Below are positions 10,868 to 21,984 of a DNA stretch of 64,000 nt, piece after piece; position 1 is the first letter of the stretch; every line of letters begins with the position of its first letter. The position numbers and the translations under genes were made by a program. Below the pieces are notes generated by a model. That model had not been told where the DNA came from. It was given only the letters and a program-made list of their open reading frames with translations, and did no database searches. Source of the DNA: Somniosus microcephalus (lineage: Eukaryota); contig CM126225.1 in the NCBI GenBank assembly GCA_052327205.1, positions 23,994,001 through 24,058,000 on the forward strand. The letters run 5' to 3'.

Positions 10868-11165
10868 TAGACCATGTGGAAGAGTCTAAAGCTAGGGCCC
10901 ATAAATATAAGATAGTCACCAATAAACCCAATAAGGAATTCAGGAGAAACTTTTTTACTCAGAGTGGTTAGAATGTGGAACCTACTACCACAGGGAGTAG
11001 TTGAGGCGATTGATGCATTTAAGGGGAAGCTAGTACATGAGGGAGAAATGAATTGAAGGATAGTTTGACAGGGTGGGACGAGGCTCTTGTGGAGCATAAA
11101 CACCAGCTTAAACCTGTTGGGCCAAAAGGCTTGTTTCTGTGCTGCAAATTCTATGTTCTATGCAA
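10868..11165 (+). mobile_element. CR1 3' fragment
   Basis: ggagaaac..ttttactcagagtggttagaatgtggaa; tail ttctatgttctatg. Confidence 0.7.
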
Positions 11166-11725
11166 TTTTATGATATTTCACATGATTGATTAATGGACTA
11201 ATAATAGGAAGACAACCAATTAAAATAGTGCATACCAACTGGAGAAGTGAACTGGCTCTCAAGTGGTGCTAACGTGTGTTGGTAAGATGTCGGCAAATAT
11301 GATTATTCACTCAGCAGTGAGTCGAACAAGAACCAGGAGCTGGCCGAATGTCTTTTGAAGGTTTGGAATAAGTTAACAATTTATTTATTTTATAGCTTTA
11401 AAATGACTTAGAAAAAGTTTATAATGCTCCTAAGTGTTGTATTACTTAGCTTCAGTTATGAGTGTTTGCAACTAGTACCAGAGGTGCTACCTTTTTGCTA
11501 AATCCAAAACTAGACAGGGAACGTGGTAAGGGAGAAGACAGGGGTGGGAGCATGGCTTGAATTTTCATGTTTGCACTGCTGCTGTCGTCATTTTTTTGTT
11601 GTTGGAATATACTAACAGACCTCCTTTTAGAAATGTGGATTTCTTTAAAGCTCTTCATAAAGACATTACGAAGAGCTGGAACAGTTGCTGTTATACCGTA
11701 CCAAATACAAGTTCCACATACCAAA

Positions 11726-12258
11726 TCTCTCTCTTAGGCAGTCCCTTGGAACCAAGGATGACTTGCTTCCACATTAAAAATGAGTTTGCAGGTGACTGAT
11801 GAGTCCAATGCGGGACCTACAGTCTCTGTCACAGGTGGGACAGATGGTGGTTGAAGGGGTGGGTGGGTGGGGTGCTTGGGTTGACGTGCGCTTCTTGCGC
11901 TTGACTACCGTTTCCTCCCGGCGAAGAGACTCGAGGTGTTCGGCGCCTTCCCGGATGCTTCTCCTCCACTTTGTGTGGTCTTGGTCCAGGGATTCCCAGG
12001 TGTCAGTGGGGATGTTGCACTTTTTCAAGGAGTGTCCTTGAAGCGTTTCCTCTGCCCACCTGGGGCTCTCTTGCCGTGTCAGAGCTCCGAGTAGAGCGCT
12101 TGTTTTGGGTGTCTCGTATCAGTCATGCAGACGATGTGACCCGTCCATTGGAGCTGATCGAGCGTGGTCAAAGCTTCGATGCTGGGGTTGTTGGCCTGAG
12201 CGAGAACACTGACGTTGGTGCGCCTATCCTGCCAATGGATTTGCAGGATATCCTGCAA
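11726..12258 (-). mobile_element. RTE-clade LINE 3' fragment
   Basis: ILQIHWQDRRTNVSVL, QLQWTGHI, PKQALYSEL, WESL..D..KWR and terminal CPTCDRDCRSRIGLISHLQTH zinc finger, typical of RTE ORF ends. Confidence 0.85.
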
Positions 12259-12749
12259 ATACCAAATAGAATGTCTCAGAGGCAAAGTGAAAAAGAAATT
12301 GCTTCTATACAAACTTTTGGACCTGGATTTTTCTCTGCTATCCTGCCCCAAATTGAGTATGGAAGCAGCAGAAGCAGCAAGGAATATTGGGTGGTGAGGC
12401 CTACTGTTGCTGATCTTAATTTTTCTCCCCTCCACTAGGCCATTGGCCGTCCCTTCCCTACCCACCAGATGCAAAAATCCAACAGGGGGGAGGGGGCCCA
12501 GGTTCTCGGCCCAATTCCCTCCCAACTGTTCCTATTACTGCCAATATCTGGGGTGGCAGGAGAAGCTTGGGGGTATTCCATGTGATAGCAGCAGGAAGTA
12601 CCTGAAGTTCTAAGATAGAGGAAGAAGTCTCCCTGTGCCTCCAATTTGGCCCCAAACACTTACCTTTGTAGGTCTTGGTCTTGCTTAGGACCTACAAAAA
12701 CTTTAGCTAAATTCTTCTTTGGGGTTCTTCTGCCCTTGTCGTTCTTCTT

Positions 12750-12872
12750 GCCCTACAACAGTGACTACACATTAAAAAAAAGTGCTTAATTGGCTGTAAA
12801 GCGCTTTGCGACATCCTGAATTTGTAAATGGCACTATATAAATGCATGCTCTTTCCTTCTTTCTTTCCTTCC
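12750..12872 (+). mobile_element. SINE/L2-type 3' tail fragment
   Basis: acaacagtgactacac...attggctgtaaagcgcttt...tatataaatgca; same tail as 46570-46672. Confidence 0.6.
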
Positions 12873-13943
12873 CACTGTAACACCACCAGGGGTTTTCGGA
12901 ATTGCAGCAGTGAGGTGGGAATGGGAGCTTGTCCTGTTTGTTAAGTGGCCCCAGACACAGGAAAGTGGTGTGGGGGTGGGCAGGCAGAAGTTGCCATTTT
13001 TACACACAATATTTTTTTGGTAGAGTTGGTGCAATCCAGGCATCTGTTGAGAAAGGCGCTTCAAGATTTCACTTAAGGCGCCATCTCTTCCTTAACCCAC
13101 TTATGGATCATGATTATTTAATCATTCCAGTGAGTGGGCTGTCAGTGGCCTTGCGCTGATAATAAGTTTAAACCCTGATATGGAGTTTAAAAAAAATAGA
13201 AGTTTAAAAGTCATAGGATATCACCATCATTGAAAAGAAACCAATCATTTACATGCCTCCCACCTCTGCCTCGTTGAAAGTTTGGGAAAGTCTGTGTTTG
13301 CTGCCCTTGCTTAGTGATGTGTAACTAATGCAGCATATTAATATAAACTCACATAGGTCTTCAAATTAGCATAATATGAGTGACATCTGTAAAAAAAAAC
13401 TCAGCAGGGAACTCGGTGCCAGTGGTTTATTGTGTTTTTTGTATTTGAAAGCTGTATTTGATTTTTACCTCAGTTTCAAATGATTCGAGACAAAAGGAAT
13501 GAAGACAGCTGGCATTGACAGTCCAGTTCCCTCTAGACATAAGTTCACAGTACACGCAAATGTACAACAAACTCTGCCCTTGAATCAACATCAAATGGTG
13601 CTCATGATGAGAGGATAAAGAATGTTAGAAATGTTCTGTGCCTAGCCTGGGAGTGCTCAGCACTGTTACTGAGTAGACATCACGATGTAGAGAAAAAACA
13701 ATTCTCCAACACATTAATCTCTGACCTTGATATGGAACAAAGATATTTATAATAATGATGAGTCTTTCATTTAAAAAGAAGCACCTACCATGCATTTTAA
13801 TTGCAACTGATTTGTCGAAAAATTAGCTGCTAAGTGAATTATTTAGGAATGATATTATCTTTCATTCTTGTTCTGATAGAAAACTCTGGCTGGGAGATAT
13901 GAGTGAACGTGGGTCAATATTAACAACCCAAAAACACACTCTG

Positions 13944-14547
13944 GGGGTGAAATTCATCTTGGGCCTAACGAAAAAATGGGCGATAGCGCATCGGCCGCCT
14001 GCTTTGCACTCCAACGATTTTCCTCGTTATTAAAGTCAACAGAAAAGAAACTCAGGCAGAGTGTTAAACGGGCTGCTGCTACACTACCGCCCGTGGTGCA
14101 CTACCTACCACCTTAAACATTCACTCCCTCCACCACCGGCATACAGGGGCTGCAGTGTGTGCCATCTACAAGATGCACTGCAGCAACTCGCCAAGACTTC
14201 TTCGGCAGTACCTCCCAAACCCGCGACCTCTTCCACCTAGAAGGACAAGGGCAGCAGGTGCATGGGAACACCACCACCTCCAAGATCCCCTCCAAGTCAC
14301 ACACCATCCTGACTTAGAAGTATATCGCCGATCCTTCATCGTCGCTGGGTCAAAATCCTGGAACTCCCTCCCCAACAGCACTGTGGGAGTACCTTCACCA
14401 CACGGACTGCAGCGCTTCAAGAAGGCGGCTCACCGCCACCTTCTCAAGGGCAATTAGGGATGGGCAATAAATGCTGGCCTTGCCAGCGACGCACACATCC
14501 CATAACCGAATTTTTAAAAAACTATCGCCCAGGATGAATTTCACCCC
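13944..14547. mobile_element. Harbinger-like MITE with nested LINE 3' fragment
   Basis: TIR GGGGTGAAATTCATC / GATGAATTTCACCCC, 3-bp TSD CTG; LINE fragment ~14105-14520 inside. Confidence 0.7.
14105..14520 (+). mobile_element. 3' fragment of CR1-group LINE (same family as 21985-24928)
   Basis: Near-identical to 24520-24920. Confidence 0.85.
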
Positions 14548-15104
14548 CTGCATCTCACCGAGCTTCACCAATGCTGGACGTCACACGTCAGGCTGCAGCA
14601 GCAGCTTCATAGAATCATAGAAAGTTACAGCACGGAAGGAGGCCATTTCGGCCCATTGTGTCCGCGCCGGCTTCAATTGGTAATGCTGAGAACATTTTCA
14701 AACGGTAGTTTTCATGCGCGACCTTCCTTAAGCAATGACATTTAAACACTCTCTGTTCCTTTCTGTGTGACCGGGAGTTTGAGTCACAGCGTGGGCAGAA
14801 ACCTCAGCCTGTTGTACCAATTTGCGTGTGAGGTATTGCTCGCCTGAACTGCTTCCTGGAGAGTTCCATTCTGAAGTCAGGCTCGGTTCTCATCATTTCA
14901 CCCACTGAAAAGGACGCAAGTCACACACCGTGGTGTCAAAGGCTGCAGGGGACTTCCTGACTCATTCAACTGCTCTCTGGTTGTGAGAACATGTCAAAGA
15001 CAGAGGCAATAATATGGAGAAGACAGCAAGTTGAAAACAGCAGCTAAATAAGAAAAAATTACCTTTTTGTTTAAATGTGACAATAGGCATTGTTAATTGA
15101 TAAT

Positions 15105-15190
15105 AAAAAATAAACAGAAAATGCTGGAAATACCCAGCAGGTCAGGCAGTATCTGTGGAGAGAGAAACAGAGTTAACGTTTCAAGTTCTG
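15105..15190 (-). mobile_element. Penelope-like element terminal fragment
   Basis: Reverse complement of 16515-16600 (gaaacgttaactctgtttctctctcc...ctgctg...tttccagca). Confidence 0.7.
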
Positions 15191-16144
15191 TTAATTGATG
15201 GCTGTTTATGAAGCAGGCAGATTTGGGGTCTGACATCAGCACTTGCACAAATCTTGTAGTTGCTCAAAGGTTGTGTTTGTGTCTTCACCATTCTGACCAT
15301 GCACTCTCCCAGATGTTGGACAGAGCTCCGTGGAGGGAACAAAGTCAAAATCACATTGTGGGTTAGAAGGGGTGAAGGGGGAGGAAGCTGAGAGCTCTCT
15401 TCACCCACAACCAGAATCAAATGGCAAGTGGTCCTGTCATCAGCCATTAATGTTGCTATTGTCAACATTTTGCTGCAGGAAACAAAACTACTCCATGAGG
15501 TAGAGTTACCTCCCTGTAATGTAAATAGGGTTTGATATAGTAGCACCAAGTGAAAAATTCCAGCACAGTCATAGGTCATGAACCCAAGATAATGCTCATC
15601 ACATATTCCGCACAACCCAACAAAAAGGCAAAGGATAGCAAGATACCATTTTACTCTCCACTTATTTTTAGTCATTGGGAATAATGTCTAAATGTATGCC
15701 TCAGCTTAATAAAACTGTCTATGTGTCATTCACAACAAGTTGCACTGCTGGTATGAAGTCTATCTGTAGCAGCACTAAACAGAGGTCTTGCAAATCCACA
15801 GGCTGCATTGCCAGCAGTGACTCGGGGATCGCACCCACTGGAGCCCTCCAGCGTTGGCCCCACAAGAGTTTGCACGGGGCTGGCAGATGCATGCGGCATT
15901 ATGGGCACATCTCCATAGCCCGCCTGCCCTGTGCAGCTGGAACATTAGGCGCCTGCCTGCCTGCCATTGAGGGCTATTGCTCAGGCTCCAACCCTCACCC
16001 CCTCCGAGACCCCAGACATCTCCCCTTCAGCCCTTTGAACAAGGGGGCTGATAGAATAAACATGAAAAAGATGACCATTTCTTTGGAGGTCCAGGTCACT
16101 TACTTGCTGCCCACCCAAACAGGAGCCAATTCCAGTTTGTTGTA

Positions 16145-16600
16145 CTTTTTGATTAGACACTCTACAGCCTTCTGGACTCAACATAGAGTTCAACAATTTC
16201 AGATCATAACCTCAGCCCATATCACTATATATATTCTCTCTTTTTAATCCACACTTTCGTCTGGGCTTTTTTCTGCCCTCCCACATGGCAGCTGTCCTTC
16301 ATTCTGCCAGCGCCATTCACACTTCATCTAGAGCCATCCTTTGTTCCTTGAATATCTCTTAATGTCTCTCAATGTCTCTTAATCTCTCCTGCTTTCTATC
16401 CTATCACTGACCTTCCCTTTTGTTCTTTCATCCCCTCCCCCTTTTCCCAGCCCCCCACTTGCTTTAAAATCTATCCCTTTTCCTGCTTTTTTTCCAGTTC
16501 TGACGAAGGGTCTTCGACCTGAAACGTTAACTCTGTTTCTCTCTCCACGGATGCTGCCCTGGCCTGCTGAGTTTTTCCAGCGTTTTCTGTTGTTATTTTT
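16145..16600 (+). mobile_element. Penelope-like element 3' end (endonuclease C-terminal remnant plus pLTR)
   Basis: Encodes TLQPSGLNIEFNNFRS*, typical of vertebrate PLE ORF ends; pLTR carries a hammerhead core. Confidence 0.75.
16496..16532 (+). ncRNA. Minimal type I hammerhead ribozyme (PLE type, probably dimeric)
   Basis: AGTT-CTGACGA-[AGGGTC TTC GACCT]-GAA-ACGT-T-AACT: stem I AGTT/AACT, CUGANGA and GAAA cores, palindromic ACGT stem III, GUU cleavage triplet. Confidence 0.7.
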
Positions 16601-16929
16601 GTATGCCTCATCTGACTCGATGTGTTGGTTCTACGCCAGGTGCCGACACAGCCGTCGAAGCGCAAATTAATTCAATTAAATCAAGGAAAAGGAAAATTGG
16701 GCATTGTCTATGATGGGGGTCCAACCTACAATGCTGACTTCACGCTACAGTGTGTGTTGTAGATTCCTCCCTAGGAATGCATATTTGGATTGTTTATCAG
16801 GTCTGCAGTGGAATTTTCAAAGAGTGATTCATAGGGGTTGAGACTTTGGGACCCTTCAGACGGTCAGCAGTACTCAAAATGAAGAGGTGGCTGCAATTCT
16901 GAAGCACCAGTCTCATTTCGGGTACCAAA

Positions 16930-17415
16930 GCATGGGAACACCACCACCTCCAAGTTCCCCTCCAAGTCATACACCATCCTGACTTAGAAGTATATCGCCG
17001 ATCCTTCATCGTCGCTGGGTCAAAATCCTGGAACTCCCTCGCCTAACAGCACTGTGGCAGCACCTTCACCACACGGACAGCAGCGGTTCAAGAAGGCGGC
17101 TCACCACCACCTTCTCAAGGGCAATTAGGGATGGGCAATAAATGCTGGCCTTGCCAGCGATGTCTGTTGAGTCTGTGTTTTCAAATGTAGTTATGCTGAA
17201 TAACAGGACACAGACTACAGAAGTAATTAAACAGGTCTTTAGTGATTGAGGGTCAGGGCTGAACCGGGATACACCTTGCTCCGCAGGGTCTATATACCGG
17301 TGTGGTCACCACCGGTACTACAATGTACAGGAGCCATCAAAAAGTAGTCCATCACCTTAAGGTATCCTCTTAAGGTGGTACAGGTTACATACACTACAAT
17401 GCCCACATCTCACAG
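16930..17415 (+). mobile_element. CR1-group LINE 3' end interrupted by a solo LTR
   Basis: Matches 24670-24915; tail is split at 17164/17399. Confidence 0.8.
17165..17398 (-). mobile_element. Solo LTR (234 bp)
   Basis: TGT...ACA termini, 5-bp TSD ATGTC/ATGCC, internal TATA (~17291); splits the LINE tail exactly. Confidence 0.75.
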
Positions 17416-17737
17416 AATCACAGAAGAATCACAGAAACCCCACAGTGCAGATAGAAGCCATTTCGGCCCATCGAGCCTGCACCGACACATATCCCACCCG
17501 ATCCCCGTAACCCCACGTATTTAATCCCCCTAACACTAAGGTTCAATTTATCATAGCCAATCATCCTAACCCGCACATCTTTGGACTGTGGGAGGAAACC
17601 GGAGCACCCGGAGGAAACCCATGCAAACACGGGGAGAATGTGCAAACTCCACACAGACAGTCACCCGAGCCGGATTCGAACCCGGGTCCCTGGCGCTGTG
17701 AGGCAACAGTGCTAACCACTATGCCACCGTGCTGCCG
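17415..17737 (-). mobile_element. HE1-type V-SINE (elasmobranch tRNA-derived SINE)
   Basis: Head GGCAGCACGGTGGCATAGTGGTTAGCACTG...GGTTCGAATCC, V-domain TGTGTGGAGTTTGCACATTCTCCCCGTG...GGTTTCCTCCGGGTGCTCCGG, CR1-derived tail. Confidence 0.88.
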
Positions 17738-18901
17738 TGAATTTTAAAAAACGGGCGCCCCAATTAATTAGGTTGAAGCCACATATGTTTATGGCGCTGC
17801 TGTGCCTGATAGGAAACAAGTCAAGACAAGAGCGCATTTCTCCTCCATCCGATGGGCAAATGCCACAATATTTGAGGCGCTTCATCTGTGTAGCTCTTGT
17901 CCTAACTCTGAGGTCTGGATGCCACGACCATTTGAGTGATAAGTCAGCTGCATAATCTGCTGGTTCACTTCACCATTAAAAATAGATATTTTCTAAACAG
18001 GGACAAGAAATTGCACTGCGGAAATATTGACAAGGGCCTGAGAGTCATCAGGACTGTCGAGTTGAGTCAAAATTGTGTGTTATTTTTTAAATTAAGCAAA
18101 AAAAGGTTCCCCTTTGATGCAGTTATATATAACTTTAGCAAGCACGTTGCAGGAGAAAGCCGTGCGCTTAGCACAGGGAAAAAGAGTGCTGTCATCTTCC
18201 GACGTTACAGCCTCCTCACATCTGCTGCAAAGCACAGGAAGTAAATGCTAATAGAGAATTCAGCACAAATTGGCTTGAATAAATACACATAATCTTCTGC
18301 TTTCAAGCCTTTGGGGTGTAAAGTGTCAGTCTAAACTTCAACCGGAAGACCAACAGCTTTGCCACAAAGCAGTTCCATGTGTGTTTGGTGGAACTGAAGG
18401 GCAGCAGGCCAAGGCTCCCCTAATTTGGGACAATACATCTAACATTAGACACCCTCGGTCAATTAAACAGTGTGTTAAGCATGATAGATGGTCCGGGGGA
18501 TACGTTTGTACAGCCAGCTGCCAGGCCGCCCTGGACTCCCTTTGTGATTAAACTCACGGTTATGATATTTGAATGGTTAAAGAGTTACTGTTATCAGTTG
18601 TTGGGTTTAGATCAGTGATAAATACAACAAAGTATTTTTCACTTCTCATCATTTTTATGTGAAAACGTATCTTTTCAGGAAGGTATATTGATAATAATAC
18701 TTAAATGCATTAATTGAGGTGCATTATTTTAAGGTGGAAGCCTGTTGATCGTTAGTTCCATCTGCTCGTGTGAATTATGTGGCTCTTCAAAGTAAGGAAA
18801 ACCTCAGTAATGAACTGCTACTGGTGAAAAATACTCTTTGATGACATGCTTATTACTGTCTAAATGTCTGGGGGGGGGAAAACCCACTTGTGTGTTCACT
18901 G

Positions 18902-19118
18902 TCATTGAGAAGAAAACTGGACCATTCTTTCCTTTAACAGCTTTAATCGTAGCGTATTGTTGACTGTTTCTGAGCTGCGTTCGGCTCCAGCATTTGTGTG
19001 CCTTTTATTCTTAGCGGCGAAAGGGTTTGTCGTGCTCCAAGAAAGCTGCTCCAGGTCTAATAAATCATCTTCATAAAAGTCGTCCTTTGCACAATAAAAG
19101 TCGTCCATTGCACAGCCG
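18902..19118 (-). CDS. Candidate alternative terminal exon (GCAMDDFYCAKDDFYEDDLLDLEQLSW...)
   Basis: AG at 19119-19120 with upstream CTAAC; about 71 open codons in phase 2; not repeat-like. Weak pyrimidine tract; no homology recognised. Confidence 0.3.
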
Positions 19119-19324
19119 CTTTAATAATGTTAGCGGGTCATGTGTAGAGTGTAGCATGTGACAAGGAGAGAGAAAATTACTATCTCATCTATGTATTACT
19201 TTTATTTTCATTGCTGTCAATCACTACTGGTAAGAATCAAGAAAATTACTGTAGTGAATGCTGAATTACTGTACTCTTTTGACTTTGATTACAGTTACAA
19301 ATTCTGATACTCTGATACAAATCC

Positions 19325-20140
19325 CATAAACTTGAGGTCATCCAGAATTCGGCTGCCCGTGTCCTAACTCGCACCAAGTCCCGTTCGCCCATCACCCCTT
19401 TGCTCGCTGACCTACTTTGGCTCCCGGTTAAGCAACGTCACGATTTTAAAATTCTCATCCTTATTTTCAAATCCTTCCATGACCTCGTCCCTCCCTATCT
19501 CTGTAATCTCCTCCAGCCCTACAACCCTCCAAGATATCTGCGCTCCTCCAATTCTGGCCTCTTGAGCATCCCAAATTTTATTTGCTCCACCATTGGTGGC
19601 TGTGCCTTCAGCTGCCAAGGCTCTAAGCTCTGGAATTCCCTCCCTAAACCTCACCACCTCCCTAAACCTCACCACCTCCCTAAACCTCTCCACCTCCCTA
19701 AACCTCTCCACCTCTCTAAACCTCACCACCTCCCTAAACCTCACCACCTCCCTAAACCTCTCCACCTCCCTAAACCTCTCCACCTCTCTAAACCTCACCA
19801 CCTCCCTAAACCTCACCACCTCCCTAAACCTCTCCACCTCTCTAAACCTCACCACCTCCCTAAACCTCACCACCTCCCTAAACCTCTCCACCTCTCTAAA
19901 CCTCACCACCTCCCTAAACCTCACCACCTCCCTAAACCTCTCCACCTCTCTAAACCTCACCACCTCCCTATACCTCTCCACCTCTCTATCCTCCTTCAAG
20001 ATGCTCCTTAAAACCTACCTATCTGCTCTAATATCTCCTTATGTGGCTCAGTGCCAAATTTTGTTTGATAACGCTCCTGTGAAGCACCTTGGGACAATTT
20101 ACTATGTTAAAGGCGCTATATAAATACAAGTTGTTGTTGA
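19325..20140 (+). mobile_element. L2 LINE 3' fragment with expanded minisatellite
   Basis: LLWLPVKQRHDFKIL, PPYLCNLL, GGCAFS...KLWNSLP; tail aaggcgctatataaatacaagttgttgttg. Confidence 0.85.
19640..19990. repeat. 18-bp minisatellite (C/T)CTAAACCTC(A/T)CCACCTC, about 19 copies
   Basis: Direct inspection; explains the LPKPHH/REVVRF/SLNLTT ORFs. Confidence 0.95.
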
Positions 20141-20372
20141 TGTTTTCAAACTAGAGGAAATAGCATTTCTCATATTAAATTTGCGAGAAAGCTGCAAATA
20201 GCTCACTCGTGACTGTTGCTGCTCATTAGGTTTACATTCATGTGAAACACAACAGAGTTGTGAAGTGGCAATTTCTTGGGAACCAGTCAAATCATGTGCT
20301 CATCATGTCAGGAAGTCTTCTAATGAGGATCGGTCTATTAGCGAAGCCACGCGAGAGAAGCTTGCACATTTA

Positions 20373-21052
20373 GGGGGAAAAATTCAGTATCGCCCCGTTT
20401 GGGGCGCCGTTATCAGCCGTGCGCAAAGTTTAGCGCCTGCCGCTAATTATCGCCTCCGACAGAAAACTTGGCTTTTGTCGCCCCCGGAGGTGATTGGAGC
20501 GCTAAATCAGGCGCTTCACACCTGTCTTAAGGCGCAAAGGCCGAGGAGCGAGGCGCTACCTCAGAGCGCAGGCGAAGCAAGGAAGGCCAAATCAAAATGA
20601 ACCTGCAAAGTGCTGCTCAGTACTCAAAACTCCTTCACACAGCGTTGAATCTCTCCAGAAGTCTCTCTCTCTCTCTCTCTCAGAATGCGCGGTGCAAAAA
20701 TGTCACCGACAAAAAAAGGCAGGAAGTGGTCGCCTTTAAATAGCGCTCCCCCAGTCCCTTTCTGACAGCATAACGCTCCCCTCAACCTGTCGTTGCTAGT
20801 GGCAGGCGGTAAGGCAGGGGGCGCCACTCAATCTCCGGTCTGGGGCGCTACCGGGGCGTTGCGCACTTGACTGACATCACGATCTGCCGGCGCAGGAGAT
20901 CATGGCGGTAGTGTTTAGCACCGCCGCAAAATGTCTAGTTAATTTCGCGAGCGGCGCAAACATCGCCGTGCCTGGGCGCTAGTTGCTTTGCGCCCCAATT
21001 AGCGCCCTCTTAAGGCGCTAACGGGAGCTGCAAACAACTGAATTTTTCCCTC
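20373..21052. mobile_element. PIF/Harbinger-type MITE, copy 1
   Basis: TIR GGGGGAAAAATTCAG / CTGAATTTTTCCCTC, TSD TTA on both sides; highly similar to 50705-51383. Confidence 0.85.
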
Positions 21053-21984
21053 TTAAATTTTGAAGTTCTATTGTGTGTGCAGTTCATTGAGCCTGCATTT
21101 TGATTTACAGCACTGACAGAATGTTTTAGTTTTTCAGATTGCTGCTTCCAGTGAAAGACTAGATTTTAAGTTTAGGAACTAAACATTCTACTTGCGTGTT
21201 GATTTACATTCTCCACCTTTTGCCTCTGGCTCCGGAGGGTGAAAAACATTCTTGAACACATCCATGGTACTATTGCGTCAGTGGTTGGCATAGGATGCCA
21301 CTCTGCCATCCATGCGCCCACATACATAAAACGGCCACATTTATGCAAATTTAAAACCAAAGTAAATATTGAAAAAATGTATTAAAATCAACAAAATACC
21401 TGGGCTTAAAATAATAAATGCTGTCACAATTGCGGTGGTTGTTACATAGATAGTTTTCTTGAGGCTAGTTCATCATACTCAGCAATCAAGGTTGCACTGT
21501 AATTTATCTTGTATTTGACAAAGAGAAATACAGCTCTTGGTACTACTTTGTCACAACACTGCCCTAACTAATGAAGCTAAACACCACAGTGCTAGAGGCA
21601 TGGAGATGTTATGACAAGATGTGCATATCTCAAAAAGAGCCTCTCAAGATATTCAATATTTCCCTGAAAATACAGACCCAGAGGTTCCTGGGGCTGAGGA
21701 GGGTGGTTGCATGGAGGGCGGCATGTGGAGGGGCCAGAATTTCAGGCGTAACTCAGATCGCCAGGGTTCTACCCTGCTCGGCCCAGTCAGAAATCCCGGC
21801 AGTTTTGGGGCAGGCTCATAATACACTGCTGACGTATTGCAATAGCATGTGAATGAGAAAAATACAGCGTATGACACCCCTCAGCAACGTTGGACGTCAG
21901 GGTAACACCTGTGAGTCCCTGGAGTCCAGCATTGGTAGGGATGCTTTGGGGCAAAATGTAAAATTCTGGTCTTCCAATACAACC

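Noticed and set aside
11452-11799. Short non-repeat ORFs (also 15181-16247, 29380-29938, 42932-43334, 57626-58262)
   Set aside because: No recognisable domains, no convincing splice sites, and composition typical of chance ORFs or repeat read-through.
17660-17737. tRNA gene candidates (also 45720-45790, 27590-27660, 6610-6680)
   Set aside because: A/B boxes are SINE heads continuing into SINE bodies; no complete cloverleaf.
19400-20123. Long ORFs of 176-203 aa (LPKPHH, REVVRF, SLNLTT repeats)
   Set aside because: Artefacts of a stop-free 18-bp minisatellite inside an L2 fragment.
20265-20827. ORFs duplicated at 50654-51159, suggesting a paralogous gene
   Set aside because: Both lie in copies of a non-coding GC-rich MITE with TIRs and TSDs.
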